A stretch of DNA of 64,000 nucleotides. Source: Mobula hypostoma. Its lineage: Eukaryota. This document shows, one piece after another, positions 50,307 through 62,214 of the stretch (position 1 is the first letter of the stretch; the number at the start of each line of letters is the position of its first letter). The stretch lies in NCBI RefSeq assembly GCF_963921235.1, contig NC_086108.1, positions 88,848,001 to 88,912,000 of the forward strand. The letters are read 5' to 3'. The position numbers and the translations under genes were made by a program. A model generated the notes under the pieces. That model was not told the DNA's origin and ran no database searches. It saw only the letters and a program-made list of their open reading frames with translations.

Positions 50307-52670
50307 ATGGAGATTGAGGAATTTCTAAAGGCGCCGACCTCGGAGGCATTAGAGGATGCCAGGAAATTGGAATTGGCAGCTGTGACCAAACGGTTGAATC
50401 TTGTTAAGGGGAAGTCGACAATGAGGAGAGAGGAGATACACAGAGCTATCGTAGAGCATTATGTGTCTAAAGGTGTGTTTCCCCAAGGGGAGCTGGAGGT
50501 GATATCTATTGGAAAACCTGGTGGAGACACAGTACAGGTGCAGCTTGAAAAATTGAGACTCAAGCACGAGTTTCGGGTACGGCAGCTAGAACACGAAGAG
50601 AAACAGTTAGAACGACAACGGCAAGAGAGAGAGAGGCAGTTGGAGCGAGAAGAGAGGCAGAGGGAAAGGGAATTCGAGCTGGAGAGGTTAAAGATAAGGG
50701 CAGAGCAGGGGCCGATGCCGAACCAAGGTGGAGGGTTCAGGGTGACCCAGGAGGTTAGGCTGGTTCCCCCATTTGACGATACCGATGTGGATCAGTACTT
50801 TCTCCATTTCGAAAAAGTTGCTGCAAGTCAGAACTGGCCGAGGGATAAGTGGGCTGTTTTGCTTCAGAGTGTACTTAAAGGAAAAGCCCAACAAGCTTAC
50901 TTGGCTTTGTCCGCGGAAGATGCCCAGAGGTATGAGGTGGTGAAAGAGGCCATCTTCAGGATTTATGAGTTGGTCCCGGAGGCATACCGGCAGAGGTTCC
51001 AGAATGCGAGGAAGCAGTGGGTCCGCACGTATTTAGAGTTTGCCCGTGAGATGCAGACATATTGTGAGCGTTGGTGTGCCTCAAAGGGGGTAAATGGGGA
51101 TTATGTCAGACTGCTACAGCTAATCCTGATTGAGCAGTTTAAAGGTTGTGTCCCTGAGGGTATGAGACCCTACTTAGATGAGAAAGAGGGAGACACTTTA
51201 GCCGCAACTGCTAAGTTAGCGGATGAGTACGCGTTGACACCTAAAACAAAGGTTGCCCCGAGTAAAGTCTACCAGAAGGGTAGTCGGGACGGCGGGGAGA
51301 GTCCGCCAGAAAAGTCAGAAAGTAAGCCGGGGACTAGTGAGAAGGATAAGGTAGACCGGGAGCAGTTTGGTAGGAAGTCTCCTGGGGTCGTCTGTTATAA
51401 TTGTGAGAAAGTCGGACACTTTGCGTTCAGGTGCTTTGCCCCAAAGAAGGAGATGGGAAAAGGAAAGGCGGCGGTTCCGACTGGCTATATTGAGTTGGTA
51501 AGCAAACCACTAGGAGAGAAGAGGTCTGACAAAGTTCAGGAAGGGTGCGTGAGGTTTATCTCGGCCGGATTGGTGTCGGTGAAGGAGGGGTTAAACCCAG
51601 TTCCAGTACGGATCTGGAGAGACACGGGAGCGTGTCAGTCATTGATATTAAAGAGTGTGTTAGACTTTAGTTCAGAGATCGAGACTGGGAAAGTCAGGGT
51701 CATAAGAGGCATTGGGAAAGGGACTGAGGCAGTACCTTTGCACCAGATACACCTAAAAAGCCACTTGGTCTCTGGACCGGTCACGGTCGGGGTGAGGCCC
51801 GAACTACTGATGAAAGGCGTGGAAGTCTTACTCGGTAATGACCTCGCCAGCGGGGAGGTGTACCCAGCAGTGAGATTGACAAGTCAGCCTGCCAGCATTG
51901 AGGCCTCGCCCATAGACTCACAGGTTTATCCCGTTTGCGCAGTGACTCAGCGTATGTCCAGGAAGGCTGCCGAAGTAAATTTAGCTGAGACGTTTCTACC
52001 AGCCTTGTACCAGGGGGAGGTAGAAAGTGAAAAGGAGCGTAGTGAAACTGGAGGAGGTGAGGGGGCTGAGGCAGACTTAGCATTAGCCAGAAAGGAAATT
52101 GTACAGGCGCAGGAGCGAGACGAGGAACTGAGGGTTTTGGTGGAGACAGCTGTCTCTGAAGCAGAATTAAAAAGGGAGCCAGTAGGCTATTGTGTGGAGG
52201 AGGGAGTGCTAAGGAAGAAAGGGAGACCAAGTACCGTGCCCGCAGATGAGGAATGGGGGATGGTGCCAAAAATTTATGGGGATAAGATTCTTAACCTGGC
52301 CCACAGGATACCCCTCGGTGGACATTGTGGGGGGAGGGAAACAGTCGGCGGAATCATGAAAGAGTTTTACTGGCTGCACAGAAGGAAGGATGTTATTGAC
52401 TATTGCAGATGTGAGTTAACACAGTTGAAGGATATTAACATGTTAAAAGCTCACAACGATCAGAAAACAGATCTAGCTGGTGATATCATGAAAATTAATG
52501 ACACTAGGGTGCCACCTGATAAGGGGAAAACCCATTTTGAAAAGATAAGTGTGGTGCTGACCAGATGGGAGAACTCTATTGTGTTGACCGACTTTGCTGA
52601 TGAGTTCTCTCCCTTAATCCCCGAACAAAGCGACCTGCTAAGAGAGCTAATTAAACGGCAGCCCACATAG
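50307..52670 (+). CDS. Gag (SCAN-like capsid, CCHC knuckle), aspartic protease and integrase Zn-binding remnant, 787 aa
   Basis: LILIEQFKGCVPEGMRPYLDEK...AKLADEY (SCAN-like), CYNCEKVGHFAFRC (CX2CX4HX4C), RDTGACQS (protease), AHRIPLGGHCG...FYW...DYCRC (integrase HHCC-like). No integrase DDE core follows. Confidence 0.9.
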   Translation: MEIEEFLKAPTSEALEDARKLELAAVTKRLNLVKGKSTMRREEIHRAIVEHYVSKGVFPQGELEVISIGKPGGDTVQVQLEKLRLKHEFRVRQLEHEEKQLERQRQERERQLEREERQREREFELERLKIRAEQGPMPNQGGGFRVTQEVRLVPPFDDTDVDQYFLHFEKVAASQNWPRDKWAVLLQSVLKGKAQQAYLALSAEDAQRYEVVKEAIFRIYELVPEAYRQRFQNARKQWVRTYLEFAREMQTYCERWCASKGVNGDYVRLLQLILIEQFKGCVPEGMRPYLDEKEGDTLAATAKLADEYALTPKTKVAPSKVYQKGSRDGGESPPEKSESKPGTSEKDKVDREQFGRKSPGVVCYNCEKVGHFAFRCFAPKKEMGKGKAAVPTGYIELVSKPLGEKRSDKVQEGCVRFISAGLVSVKEGLNPVPVRIWRDTGACQSLILKSVLDFSSEIETGKVRVIRGIGKGTEAVPLHQIHLKSHLVSGPVTVGVRPELLMKGVEVLLGNDLASGEVYPAVRLTSQPASIEASPIDSQVYPVCAVTQRMSRKAAEVNLAETFLPALYQGEVESEKERSETGGGEGAEADLALARKEIVQAQERDEELRVLVETAVSEAELKREPVGYCVEEGVLRKKGRPSTVPADEEWGMVPKIYGDKILNLAHRIPLGGHCGGRETVGGIMKEFYWLHRRKDVIDYCRCELTQLKDINMLKAHNDQKTDLAGDIMKINDTRVPPDKGKTHFEKISVVLTRWENSIVLTDFADEFSPLIPEQSDLLRELIKRQPT

Positions 52671-52756
52671 GTCCAGATGTCCCGAGGCCATGCAAAGCGC
52701 CGGGACATGGAGCTGTTGACACATCAGGTTAGCCTAGTGAGCAACACCCCTATAGA

Positions 52757-53300
52757 ATGATTAATTCAGTGACAAACGGGCTAAAGAACACAGAAGTGTA
52801 TATTGGCGATGTAGTGGTCTGGAGTAACACATGGGAGGAGCTGTTTAAACGGCTGTCTGAAGCCAGCCTGACAGTGAACCTCGCAAAAAGTGCGTTCGGC
52901 CACACGAAGGTCACTTATCTGGGATTTGTGGTAGGACAGGGGCAGCTGGCTCCGATGCAAGCTATCTCTGAAGTCCCCACCCCGACAGACAAGAGAGCCC
53001 TGAGAAGGTTCTTGGAGATGGTGGGGTACTATTGGAAGTTTTGCAGAAAAAAAAACAACTTTACGGATAGTACCCACCCTCTTGCTAAGCCCTTGCCAAA
53101 GAATGCTAAGTTGGTATGGGACGACTCTTGTTATCTGTGTCCGGGGCGAAAACCACTGAGAAGTTACACTGATCACAAATTCATTAGTGTTTTCGGCCAC
53201 TATGAAGTTTGCTAAGTTGGAGCTTGGTTTTAGAGGATTATTAAAATAACACATATAAAAGGAACAGAAAATGTGATTGCTGTCTGTCAGGTGTTGACAA
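52757..53300 (+). pseudogene. Deleted RT / RNase H remnants of the Gypsy element
   Basis: VYIGDVVVWS (YIDD mutated), LTVNLAKSAFG, YLGFVVG, LRRFLEMVGYY, YTDH, and an HIKGTENVIA-like segment near 53250-53285. Confidence 0.85.
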
Positions 53301-53415
53301 TTTAAGATTCTCTGTATTAGCCAAATAGCTGATAAACATGTGTATTTGTGTGTAGCTGATAGTGTATACATGACTATAACTTTTACCCCGGTAAAAATCC
53401 TTTGAAGGATAGGGG

Positions 53416-54262
53416 TGTGACGACAGACCAAATTATCAGAAGATTGATGCCGATAAGAGGACAATGGGGGAACATTCAGAAATGTTAATGAGAGACGAGA
53501 GGGATTAATGAAAAGGAGACACAGTTCCGAGTATTGTCAGAGACTGGTGGCTTTGAACCCTGAACTGTTTGAAGTTTGATGGACAGGCGATATCCCAGCA
53601 GGGGGATAAAAAGGGACAGGTTCGCTAAGGCAACAGACACACGACACCACGAGGTAACGAGACCCTGGAAGCGGTGTACCCCCACAAGTTGGTGGGAGTT
53701 TTGGAGGTCTGGTCGCGGGACCAGCCATAGACGCACAGGCTAGAAAGATACAGTTGGACGGGAACCCGGTGTGTGTGTCCGCCCTTGCCTGGGTGCTGGG
53801 TTCACCGCAGAAGAATGATCGTATCTGGAACGGAGGGGTCACAGTCGGTGACCTCAGAAGACATTACAAAGGGCTTGCCCAAAAGCTAACTGCGAGGAAT
53901 ATCAAAGGTCTGTTTGGAATCCGTTTTGAATATTCATTCGCTTTCGCTCTCTCTCTTCTTCCTCGCCCCAACGGCACAACAGCGATTACTGCGAACTGAA
54001 CTGAACTAAATTAAACTGAACTTTGCATCACTTGAAACTGATCATTTACCCTTAGACTGCGATAGAGCTTGATTGATCCTATTATCCTAGTTCTGTATAC
54101 ATGTATGTTTTATCATTGCTAAACTGTTGCATTTATATCCTTTTGATTAGAGTACTGTGTTGCTTATTTCTTTAATAAAACTTTCTTAGTTGCAGTAATC
54201 CAGACTCCAATTAAGTGGTCCATTTCTGCTGGTTTGGCAACCCAGTTACGGGGTACATAACA
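53416..54262 (+). repeat. 3' LTR (847 bp), preceded by purine-rich tract gaaggatagggg (53404-53415)
   Basis: Direct repeat of the 5' LTR. By-eye comparison gives about 38 differences, mostly transitions. Confidence 0.97.
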
Positions 54263-57200
54263 AAGATTATAAGCCTAACAGGAAGGAGTTTAAGAAAGAA
54301 ATTAGGAGAGCCAGAAGGGGCAATGAGAAGGCCTTGGCGGGCAGGATTAAGGAAAACCCCAAGGCATTCTACAAGTATGTGAAGAGCAAGAGGATAAGAC
54401 GTGAAAGAATAGGACTTATCAAGTGTGACAGTGGGAAAGTGTGTATGGAACTGGAGGAAATAGCAGAGGTACTTAATGAATACTTTACTTCAGTATTCAC
54501 TATAGAAAAGGATCTTGATGATAGCAGCGATGACTTGCAGCAGACTGAAAAGCTTGAGCATATAGATATTAAGAAAAAGGATGTGCTGGAGCTTTTGGAA
54601 AGAATCAAGTTGGATAAGTGGCTGGGACCGAATGAGATGTGAGATATACACCAGGCTACTGTGGGAGGCAAGGGAAGAGATTGCTGAGTCTCTGGAGATG
54701 ATCTTTGCATCATCAATGGGGACAGGAGAGGTTCCGGAAGTTTGGAATGTTGCGGATGTTGTTCCTTTATTCAAGAAAGGGAGTAGAGATAGCCCAGGAA
54801 ATTATAGGCTAGTGAGTCTTACCTCTGTGGTTCGTAAATTGATGGAGAAGATCCTGAGAGGCAGGATTTATGAACATTGGGAGAGGTATAATATGATTAG
54901 GAATAGTCAGCATGGCTTTGTCAAGGGCAGGTCATGCCTTACGAGCCTGATTGAATTTTTTGAGGATGTGACTAAACACATTGATGAAGGAAGAGCAGTA
55001 GATGTAGTGTATATGGATTTCAGCAAGGCATTTGATAAGGTACCCCATGCATGGTTTATTGAGAAATTAAGGAGGCATGGGATCCAAAGAGACATTGCTT
55101 TGTGGATCCAGAACTGACTTGTCCACAAAAGGCAAAAAGTGGTTGGAGATGAGTCATATTCTGCATGGAGGTCGGTGACCAGTGGTGTACCTCAGGTATC
55201 TGTTTTGGGACTCTTACTCTTCGTGATTTTTATAAATGACCTGGATGAGGAAATGGAGGGATGGGTTAGTAAGTTTGCTGATGACACAAAGGTTGGAGGT
55301 GTTGTGGATAGTGTGGAGGGCTGTCAGAGGTTACAGCGGGACTTTGATAGGATGCAAAACTAGGCTAAGAAGTGGCAGATGGAGCTCAACTCAGGTAAGT
55401 GTGAAGTAGTTCATTTTGGTAGGTCAAATATGATGGCAGAATATAGTATTAATGGTAAGACTCTTGGCAGTGTGGAGGATCAGAGGGATCTTGGGGTCCG
55501 AGTTCATAGGACGCTCAAAGCAGCTGCGCAGGTTGACTCTATGGTTAAGAACGCAGATGGTGTATTGGCCTTCATCAATCGTGGAATCGAATTTAAGAGT
55601 CGAGAGGTAATGTTGCAGCTATATAGGACCCTGGTTAGACCCCACTTGGAGTACTGTGCTCAGTTCTGGTCGTCTCATTACAGGAAGGATGTGGAAGCCA
55701 TAGAAAGGGTGCAGAGGAGATTTACAAGGATGTTGCCTGGATTGGGGAGCATGCCTTATGAGAATAGGTTGTGTGAACATGGCCTTTTCTCCTTGGAGCG
55801 ACGGAGGATGAGAAGTGACCTGATAGAGGTGTAGAAATTGATGAAAAGCATTGATCGTGTGGATAGTCAGAGGCTTTTTCCCAGGGCTGAAATGGTTGCC
55901 ACAAGAGGACACAGGTTTAAGGTGCTGGGGAGCAGGTACAGAGGAGATGTCAGGGGTAAGTTTTTTTTAAAACCTTGAGAGTGGTGAATGAGTGGAATGG
56001 GCTGCCAACAATAGTGGTGGAGGCGGACACGATAGGGTCTTTTAAGAAACTTTTGGATAGGTACATGGAGCTTAGGAAAATAGAGGGCTATGGGTAAGCC
56101 TAGTAATTTCTAAGGTGGAGATATGTTCGGCACAACTTTGTGGGCCGATGGGTCTGTATTGTGCTGTAGGTTTTCTATATTTCTAAGGTTTGATCGGTGC
56201 AGTTTGTGGATTGGTCTCATTTAAAGAGGACTCTACAGTTTATGTTATATATGTTTCTGGTTACTCCTTTTTTATTGCTATTTTGCAAGATTTTGATCAG
56301 GGTGGACTGGCTCTGTGGCTTTCAGTCAACGAATGACCCAGTGCCAAACTGAACTGAACATTCCTAGACTGTTTCACGGACTCTGTGGTTTGATGTGTAA
56401 CATTGTGTGTGCTATTCGCTTGTTTTTTTGGTGTTGCCACCATTTGTTCCATTCTGGTGTTTTATTTTTGAAGGGATTCCATCTTGTTTCTTTGTTTTGA
56501 GGCTGTTTGGGAAGCCAAATCTCAGGGTTCTATACTGCACGCATTTTGATAGTAAATGTGTTCTGACTTTGCTATACTCAACAGGACATTCTCAAGTTAT
56601 ATGTTTCACAAACTAGAATAAAGAGAGAATTTTTTTGCAATTAATCGTTAGTGTAGAACTACCAGTACCCCTGTATAAATAACTAGAAGTAAAATACTTC
56701 AGTTAGAAATGCAAAGAACAGGAACAAACATTGTGTCTCTTGGACAGCACTTCATTATTAATTATCGTGATCTCCAGTCATCTGACGGTACAAAACAGAT
56801 GAAGAAAATTTGAGCTCAGTTGAACACTGGGCTATTACGCTCTTTGGGGCTGATTTGCGAAGGATTCTCAATCTGTGGTAATATGAATTGCATGTTTTAT
56901 AGCCCTACTGCATTCTGGCCTTCTATAAACCATGTCCCCATAAAAATAAGTGGCAGTGTGACATTTGAGAATGTAAACAGTCCCAGTGTTTATTTTCTGA
57001 TTAGTGGCTCTGGCTGTCAACCAGTTATTTTTAATCAGTTTTCTCATTTCATTGGTACTGGCACACGGCTTGAATAGTTGAGCTTCTGATAAGTCGCGTT
57101 GTTTATGAACGTGCTGTAGCAAAGGTCCTTGAAGTGACAATGAATAATCCAAGTGGAAGGTGTGGAATTTCCATTACCTCTTTATGTGAGGGAGGAAAAG

Positions 57201-57899
57201 TGCTTGTTTTGTTGTTATTGTTCTGTTGAATATTGTGTGCGTGCTCTGTTGGCGCCAGATTATTTAGCAACAATTGCAGGCTGCCACAAGCACACTTATT
57301 TAATTTAGAGATACAGCACTGTAACATGCGTTCTGGCCCAACGAGTCTGCACCGCCCAATTACACTCACGCAGCAATTTACCCTACTAAACTATATGTGT
57401 TGGAAAATGGAGCAGGTAGAGAAAACACATGCAGTCAACTCCTTACGACAGCGGTTGGAATCTTAAGCATCCTTAAATTGTGCTGTTTGTTAAGACAAAC
57501 CACACATTTCTCTGTATGTTCCAATATACATGTAATAAACAAATGAATCTGAAATCTAAAGTCTAACTACCGATATTTCTCACACAAAAGAATACAGAAA
57601 TATAAACAGCAAAATAAATTGCAATTGCATTGGTTGAGACATGTAGATTGGAGTCACTCAAGTGGTTAATGAACTGAAAAGAAGACCCGTCACATCTTTT
57701 TAAGATTAAAACTCTGAATAGTTGAAGGCAAATAATGAATCTATCCAAATTGTTCTTGGGCTGAAACCACTTGATTGTACAACATCAATGCCATGGACTA
57801 AGTCTGGTCAAGCGTGTGACATTTTAACTAAAGAGCTGTTTTGGTGATGAAGGTACAGGGAATGGAATGATACAACTTGGAATGACACTGTCCCCGTAC

Positions 57900-58325
57900 A
57901 TTGCACTCGGTGGCCAATTTATTAGTTACCTCCTTACCCAATATACGGCCACTGTATCTTCATGGTCTTCTCCTGCTGTAGCCCATTCACTTCAAGGTTC
58001 AATGAATTCCGCATTCAGATGTGCTCTGCACTCACTACTGTTGTAATGAATGTTTATTTGAGTTACTTTCACCTTTTGGCCTGCTTGAACCAGTCTGGCT
58101 GTTCTTCTCTGACCTCTCTCATTAACAAGGCGCTTTTGCCCACAGAACTGCCGCTCACTGGATGCTTGGTATGTCTCTTGCACCATCCTCTGTAAACTCT
58201 AAGGACCGTGCGCGTGAAAATTTCAGGAGATCAGCACTTTTTGAGATACTCAAACCACTCCATCTAGCACCAACAATCATTCCACAGTTAAAGTCACTTA
58301 GATCACATTTCTTCCCTATTCTGAT
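57900..58325 (-). mobile_element. Tc1/mariner-derived non-autonomous fragment
   Basis: Minus-strand peptide SSERQFCGQKRLVNERGQRRTARLVQA resembles a Tc1 transposase N-terminal region. TIR-like cactcggtggccaatttattag at about 57905. Confidence 0.65.
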
Positions 58326-58975
58326 TTTGTCTGCAGCGGAGATTACAGAGTGAGTTAGAGACAGTTCCTTGCTGAGTTTGTGTGCCAGTTTTAAAAAGCG
58401 AGCGGGGCCTGTTGGGACTTCTTTACAAATTCAGCTCCTGACTGGCAAGGTCAGGACTTGGAGCTGCACGTACTCAGGACTGACTGGGACTCTGAGAACC
58501 TCAGAGATGAACCTTTTACCGAGGTGGTCACACCCAGAGTAAAGCTTCCAATAGTAGATAGGTGAACTCCAGGAGAAGTAAGGGAAGTAAGCAGTTAGAA
58601 CAGGGCTCCTCTGTGGCCATTTCCCTCAGCAGCAAGTATACTTTTTAGGATATTGCTGATGAGAATCGCCTATCGGGACAGGCAGCAGTCAGGCCAGTGG
58701 CACAGCATGTAAGGGCAAGGTCAGGCAGAGTGATAGAGATACGAGACTCACTGGTTAGGGGGACAGAGAGGAGAGTTTTTGACCATGAAAGAGATGCCAG
58801 TATGGTATACCATTGTTTTGTCAGCTGGACACAGGTCCATATGTCCATAAGACATAGGAGCAGAATAAGGCCATTCAGCCCATTGAGTCTGCTCTGCCAT
58901 TCCATCACAACTGATCCCATATGTCATGAAATTTGGTCTTTTTGTGACAGCAGTACAGTAAAGTACATAAAATTA

Positions 58976-59035
58976 CAGTATTGCACAAAGGTCTTAGGCA
59001 CCATATATGTGTCTAAGACTTTTGCACAAGTACTG
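58976..59035. mobile_element. 60-bp palindromic Tc1/mariner-type MITE
   Basis: Inverted arms cagtattgcacaaaggtcttaggcac / gtgtctaagacttttgcacaagtactg, flanked by TA on both sides (58974-58975, 59036-59037). Confidence 0.75.
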
Positions 59036-59397
59036 TAAATCTACGTGCCTGTGATGCAGTTGCGAGCTTGTTTTTCATTATACCCTTACCTCCCTATACT
59101 TTTGCATATGAAAGGAAATTTAACTGTGCACAGTAATCCTGGCTCTCCCTGAGGGACTGACATATGGACAGGTTATGTTTCTTGAGTTAAACCATCTGCT
59201 CAGTGAGGAGGAGGTAAAAGATCCCATGAAACTATTTTGAAAAACAATTGATTTGTTCATATAATGCAGGTCAATATTTTACATATAATATTGTATTGGC
59301 TTATTATGGTACATGTACCAAGACACTGAAAAGCTTGTCTTGTGTACTATTCATGCTGATCAAATCATTACACAGTGCATAGAGTTAAAACAATAAT

Positions 59398-59680
59398 TCA
59401 GGGGAGTAGATTTAGGACGGAGATGAGGAACTGCTTTTCCCAGAGAGTGGTGATTCTGTGGAATTCTCTGCCCAAATAAGCAGAGGAGGCTACCTCAGTA
59501 AATATATTTAAGACAAGGGTGGATAGATTTTTGCATTGTAGGGGAATTAAGGGTTATGGGGGAAAGGCAGGTAGGTGGAGATGAGTCCATGGCCAGATCA
59601 GCCATGATCTTATTGAATGGCAGAGCAGGCTCGAAAGGCCAGGTGGCCGACTCCTGCTCCTATTTCTTATGTTCTTACAA
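59398..59680 (+). mobile_element. CR1 3' end
   Basis: Near-identical to 3460-3735. Confidence 0.9.
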
Positions 59681-60429
59681 CAATGCAGGATTCTTAGAGA
59701 CAGGAATTTAAATTTAAAAGTGTAAAATGATTAGTAATAGAAGAAAGGAGTGAAACTGCAGGAAGCAGCTTGCAGTAAGTTGAATTAGTTTAGGACTTTA
59801 TTCCCAGGAGTTGGCAGCCATTTGGATCCCCATGTGCTCCGGACTCTGCCTGCAACTCACCAAAGGCAGGATTTCATCAGGAATGAGACACCTACTTTCT
59901 CCAACATCTCTTCCTCTACTGGGCTCACCATTAAGTCCAAATAAGGAACACTGAAGTGTGGAGGGAGAATTGGGGTACACTCCAACAGTCTTACACTGGG
60001 GAGGGGCAGGTTGCACACCACATCCACTCTTCTGCTTTCACAGAGTCTTCCAGCATGGAGAACGGCTCCTTAGTAAACTGAATCAAACAATTATCAATCA
60101 CCCATTTTTACTCAACATACAACTTATCTTTAAGTCTTTCACATGGGATGAAGACTGTTACCCATCTAGCTCATCTATGGCTTTGTGATTATATATAATT
60201 TTATAAGGTCACCTCAGCCCGGTACACTGTTGGGTAAATAGCCCCAGCCTTCCCAGTCTCCCCTTGTATCTCATCCCCTTAATACCAGTATAACATCCCT
60301 TAGAATATTCTCTGCTTCCTTTCCAGCTTAATTACATCTTTCCTATAGAGCGACCAGAACTGCAAACATCAATACTCCAGATGAAGTCTTACTAACTTCT
60401 TATATAGTTAGAATAGGGCATCCATCTCT

Positions 60430-61165
60430 TAGACCATAAGACATAGGAGCAGAATTAGGCCATTCAGCCCATCGAGTCTGCTCTGCCATTCCATCATGGC
60501 TGATCCCAGATCCCATTCAACCCCATACATCTGCCTTCTTGCCCTATCCTTTGATGCCCTGACCATCAGGAAATGATCGACTTCTGCCTTAAATATATCC
60601 ATGGACTTGGCCTTCACCACAGTCTGTGGCAGAGCATTCCACAGATTCACTACTCTATGGCTAAAAGAATTCCTCCTTACCTCAGTTCTAAAAGGTTTCC
60701 CCTCAATTTTGAGGCTAGTTCTCTAGTTCTGGATACCCCCCGAGGAAACATGCTCTCCACATCCACCCTACCCAGTCCTTTCAACATTCAGTAGGTTTCA
60801 ATGAGTACAGGCTCAAAGCTGCCAAACGCTCCTCATATGTTAACCCCTTCATTCCCGGAATCATCCTCATGAACCTGCTCTGGAATCTCTCCAATGACAG
60901 TACATCCTTTCTAAGATAAGGTGCCCAAAACTGTTGACTATACTCTAAGTGTGGCATGACTAGTGTCTTATAAAGCCTCAGGATTATATCCCTGCTTTTG
61001 TATTCTATTTCCTTTGAAATAAATGCCAACATTGTATTTGCCGCCTTCACCACAGACTCATCCTGTAAATTAACCTTTTGGGAGTCACATGAGGACTCCT
61101 AAGTCCTTCTGCACATCTGATGTTTGAACCTTCTCCCCATTTAGATAATAGTCTGCACCACTGTT
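60430..61165 (-). mobile_element. CR1 3' fragment
   Basis: ORF 60781-61053(-) LYKTLVMPHLEYSQQFWAPY; tail agaccataagacatagg. Confidence 0.9.
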
Positions 61166-61339
61166 CCTCTTGTACTCCCAAGTTCCTCCCTAGTGTTTCA
61201 GTAAGGTAATCCCTCTTTTAAATTCCAATGTGTGAAGTCCCTAACTTTTCTACCTAATCTACCTAACCTTTCCTTGCTGGATAACCCTTCGCTTCTCAAG
61301 ATCATCCTGGTGAAATTTCTCTGAAGCAAAAATAAAATC

Positions 61340-61428
61340 AGTCCTGATGCAAAGTTTCAAACTGAAATGTCAACATTTTCTTTCTTCCCACAGATGCAGC
61401 TCAACCTGTAGAGTTCTTCCAGCAGGTT
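61340..61428 (+). mobile_element. Penelope-type terminal fragment with degenerate hammerhead motif
   Basis: agtc-CTGATGC-aaagtttcaaact-GAAA-TGTC-aac, followed by cagatgcagctcaacctgtagagttcttccagca, the same terminus family as 23000-23045. Confidence 0.55.
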
Positions 61429-62214
61429 AATTGCATCCTTGCAGCAACCTTCTGGTTTGGGAAAAGATACAGGCAAATTCTTTCCATGTTCTGTAACCAA
61501 CACATTGTGTACTGTTGCGCCGAGACAGTGCATAGTGTGAGTGATTGCCTTGGATATTTTTATTGTGATCGCAAGACCCTATTGGACAATGGTCACACAG
61601 AATACTGCAAGTCCAGTTGGCTAGTGAGACCGACATCAGTGGAACAGTGTTACTTCGGTTGCGGTGAGGACTGGATCCTCACTGTGGGGATCACCTGTTG
61701 CAGTCACCCCAGGGTGGGTGGGGGGAAGATGCTGGAGGTGTTGTGCGAGAGTGTCGTGGCCTCTGTGGGTGCGCTGGAATTCATACTGGTTAGGGGGCTG
61801 GCCCCTCCGTGTGCTGCTCTCCAGTGTTTGCTCGGTGCTGCCCTCTGGTGTTTGCTTGGTGAAAAAACAAGCTGATCAGGACAACTTACCATTTACCTAC
61901 AGTCATGCCACTCAGACTTGGGGATATATTATTTCTTTGTGACCGTGTGTTTTTTCGATATCGTAACCATATCTGTAGTTTGTGCTGTATGGTATGTGCA
62001 ATGTGCTATGTGCAGCTGGTAATGTGTTATGCAACTTGGCCCCAGAGGAACACTGTTTAGTTTGGTTATATTCATGTAGGGTTGACAGATAATTAAACTT
62101 GAACTGGAATTAAACTTGAACTAAGGTAGTAATCTCTGGATCACTCCCATTACCATCTGCTAGTCAGGGCAGGATTAGCATGGCAGTATAGATAAGTGAG
62201 TGGCTGAGGAACCA

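Larger units (their letters stand above)
49360..54262 (+). mobile_element. Gmr1-like Ty3/Gypsy LTR retrotransposon, internally deleted (non-autonomous)
   Basis: Two LTRs with TG...CA ends, TSD aaga (49356-49359 / 54263-54266), PBS and PPT. Domain order is gag, protease, integrase remnant, RT remnant, RNase H remnant. Confidence 0.95.
47115..56186 (+). mobile_element. Near full-length CR1 (5'UTR, ORF1 Cys-rich region and esterase, ORF2 APE-RT, tail) interrupted by an LTR element at 49360-54262
   Basis: ORF1 FCARCQVWE...HICTR, VVIGDTIV, HIGTSDI, DGLHWNP. APE VAITETW. Removing the LTR element and one TSD restores gatctagaagattataagcct. RT FADD at about 55275; tail at about 56185. Confidence 0.93.

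Noticed and set aside
52781..53464. 227-aa antisense ORF in the Gypsy element (possible env or accessory gene)
   Set aside because: Antisense shadow of the RT/RNase H remnants that runs into the LTR; no recognisable env features.
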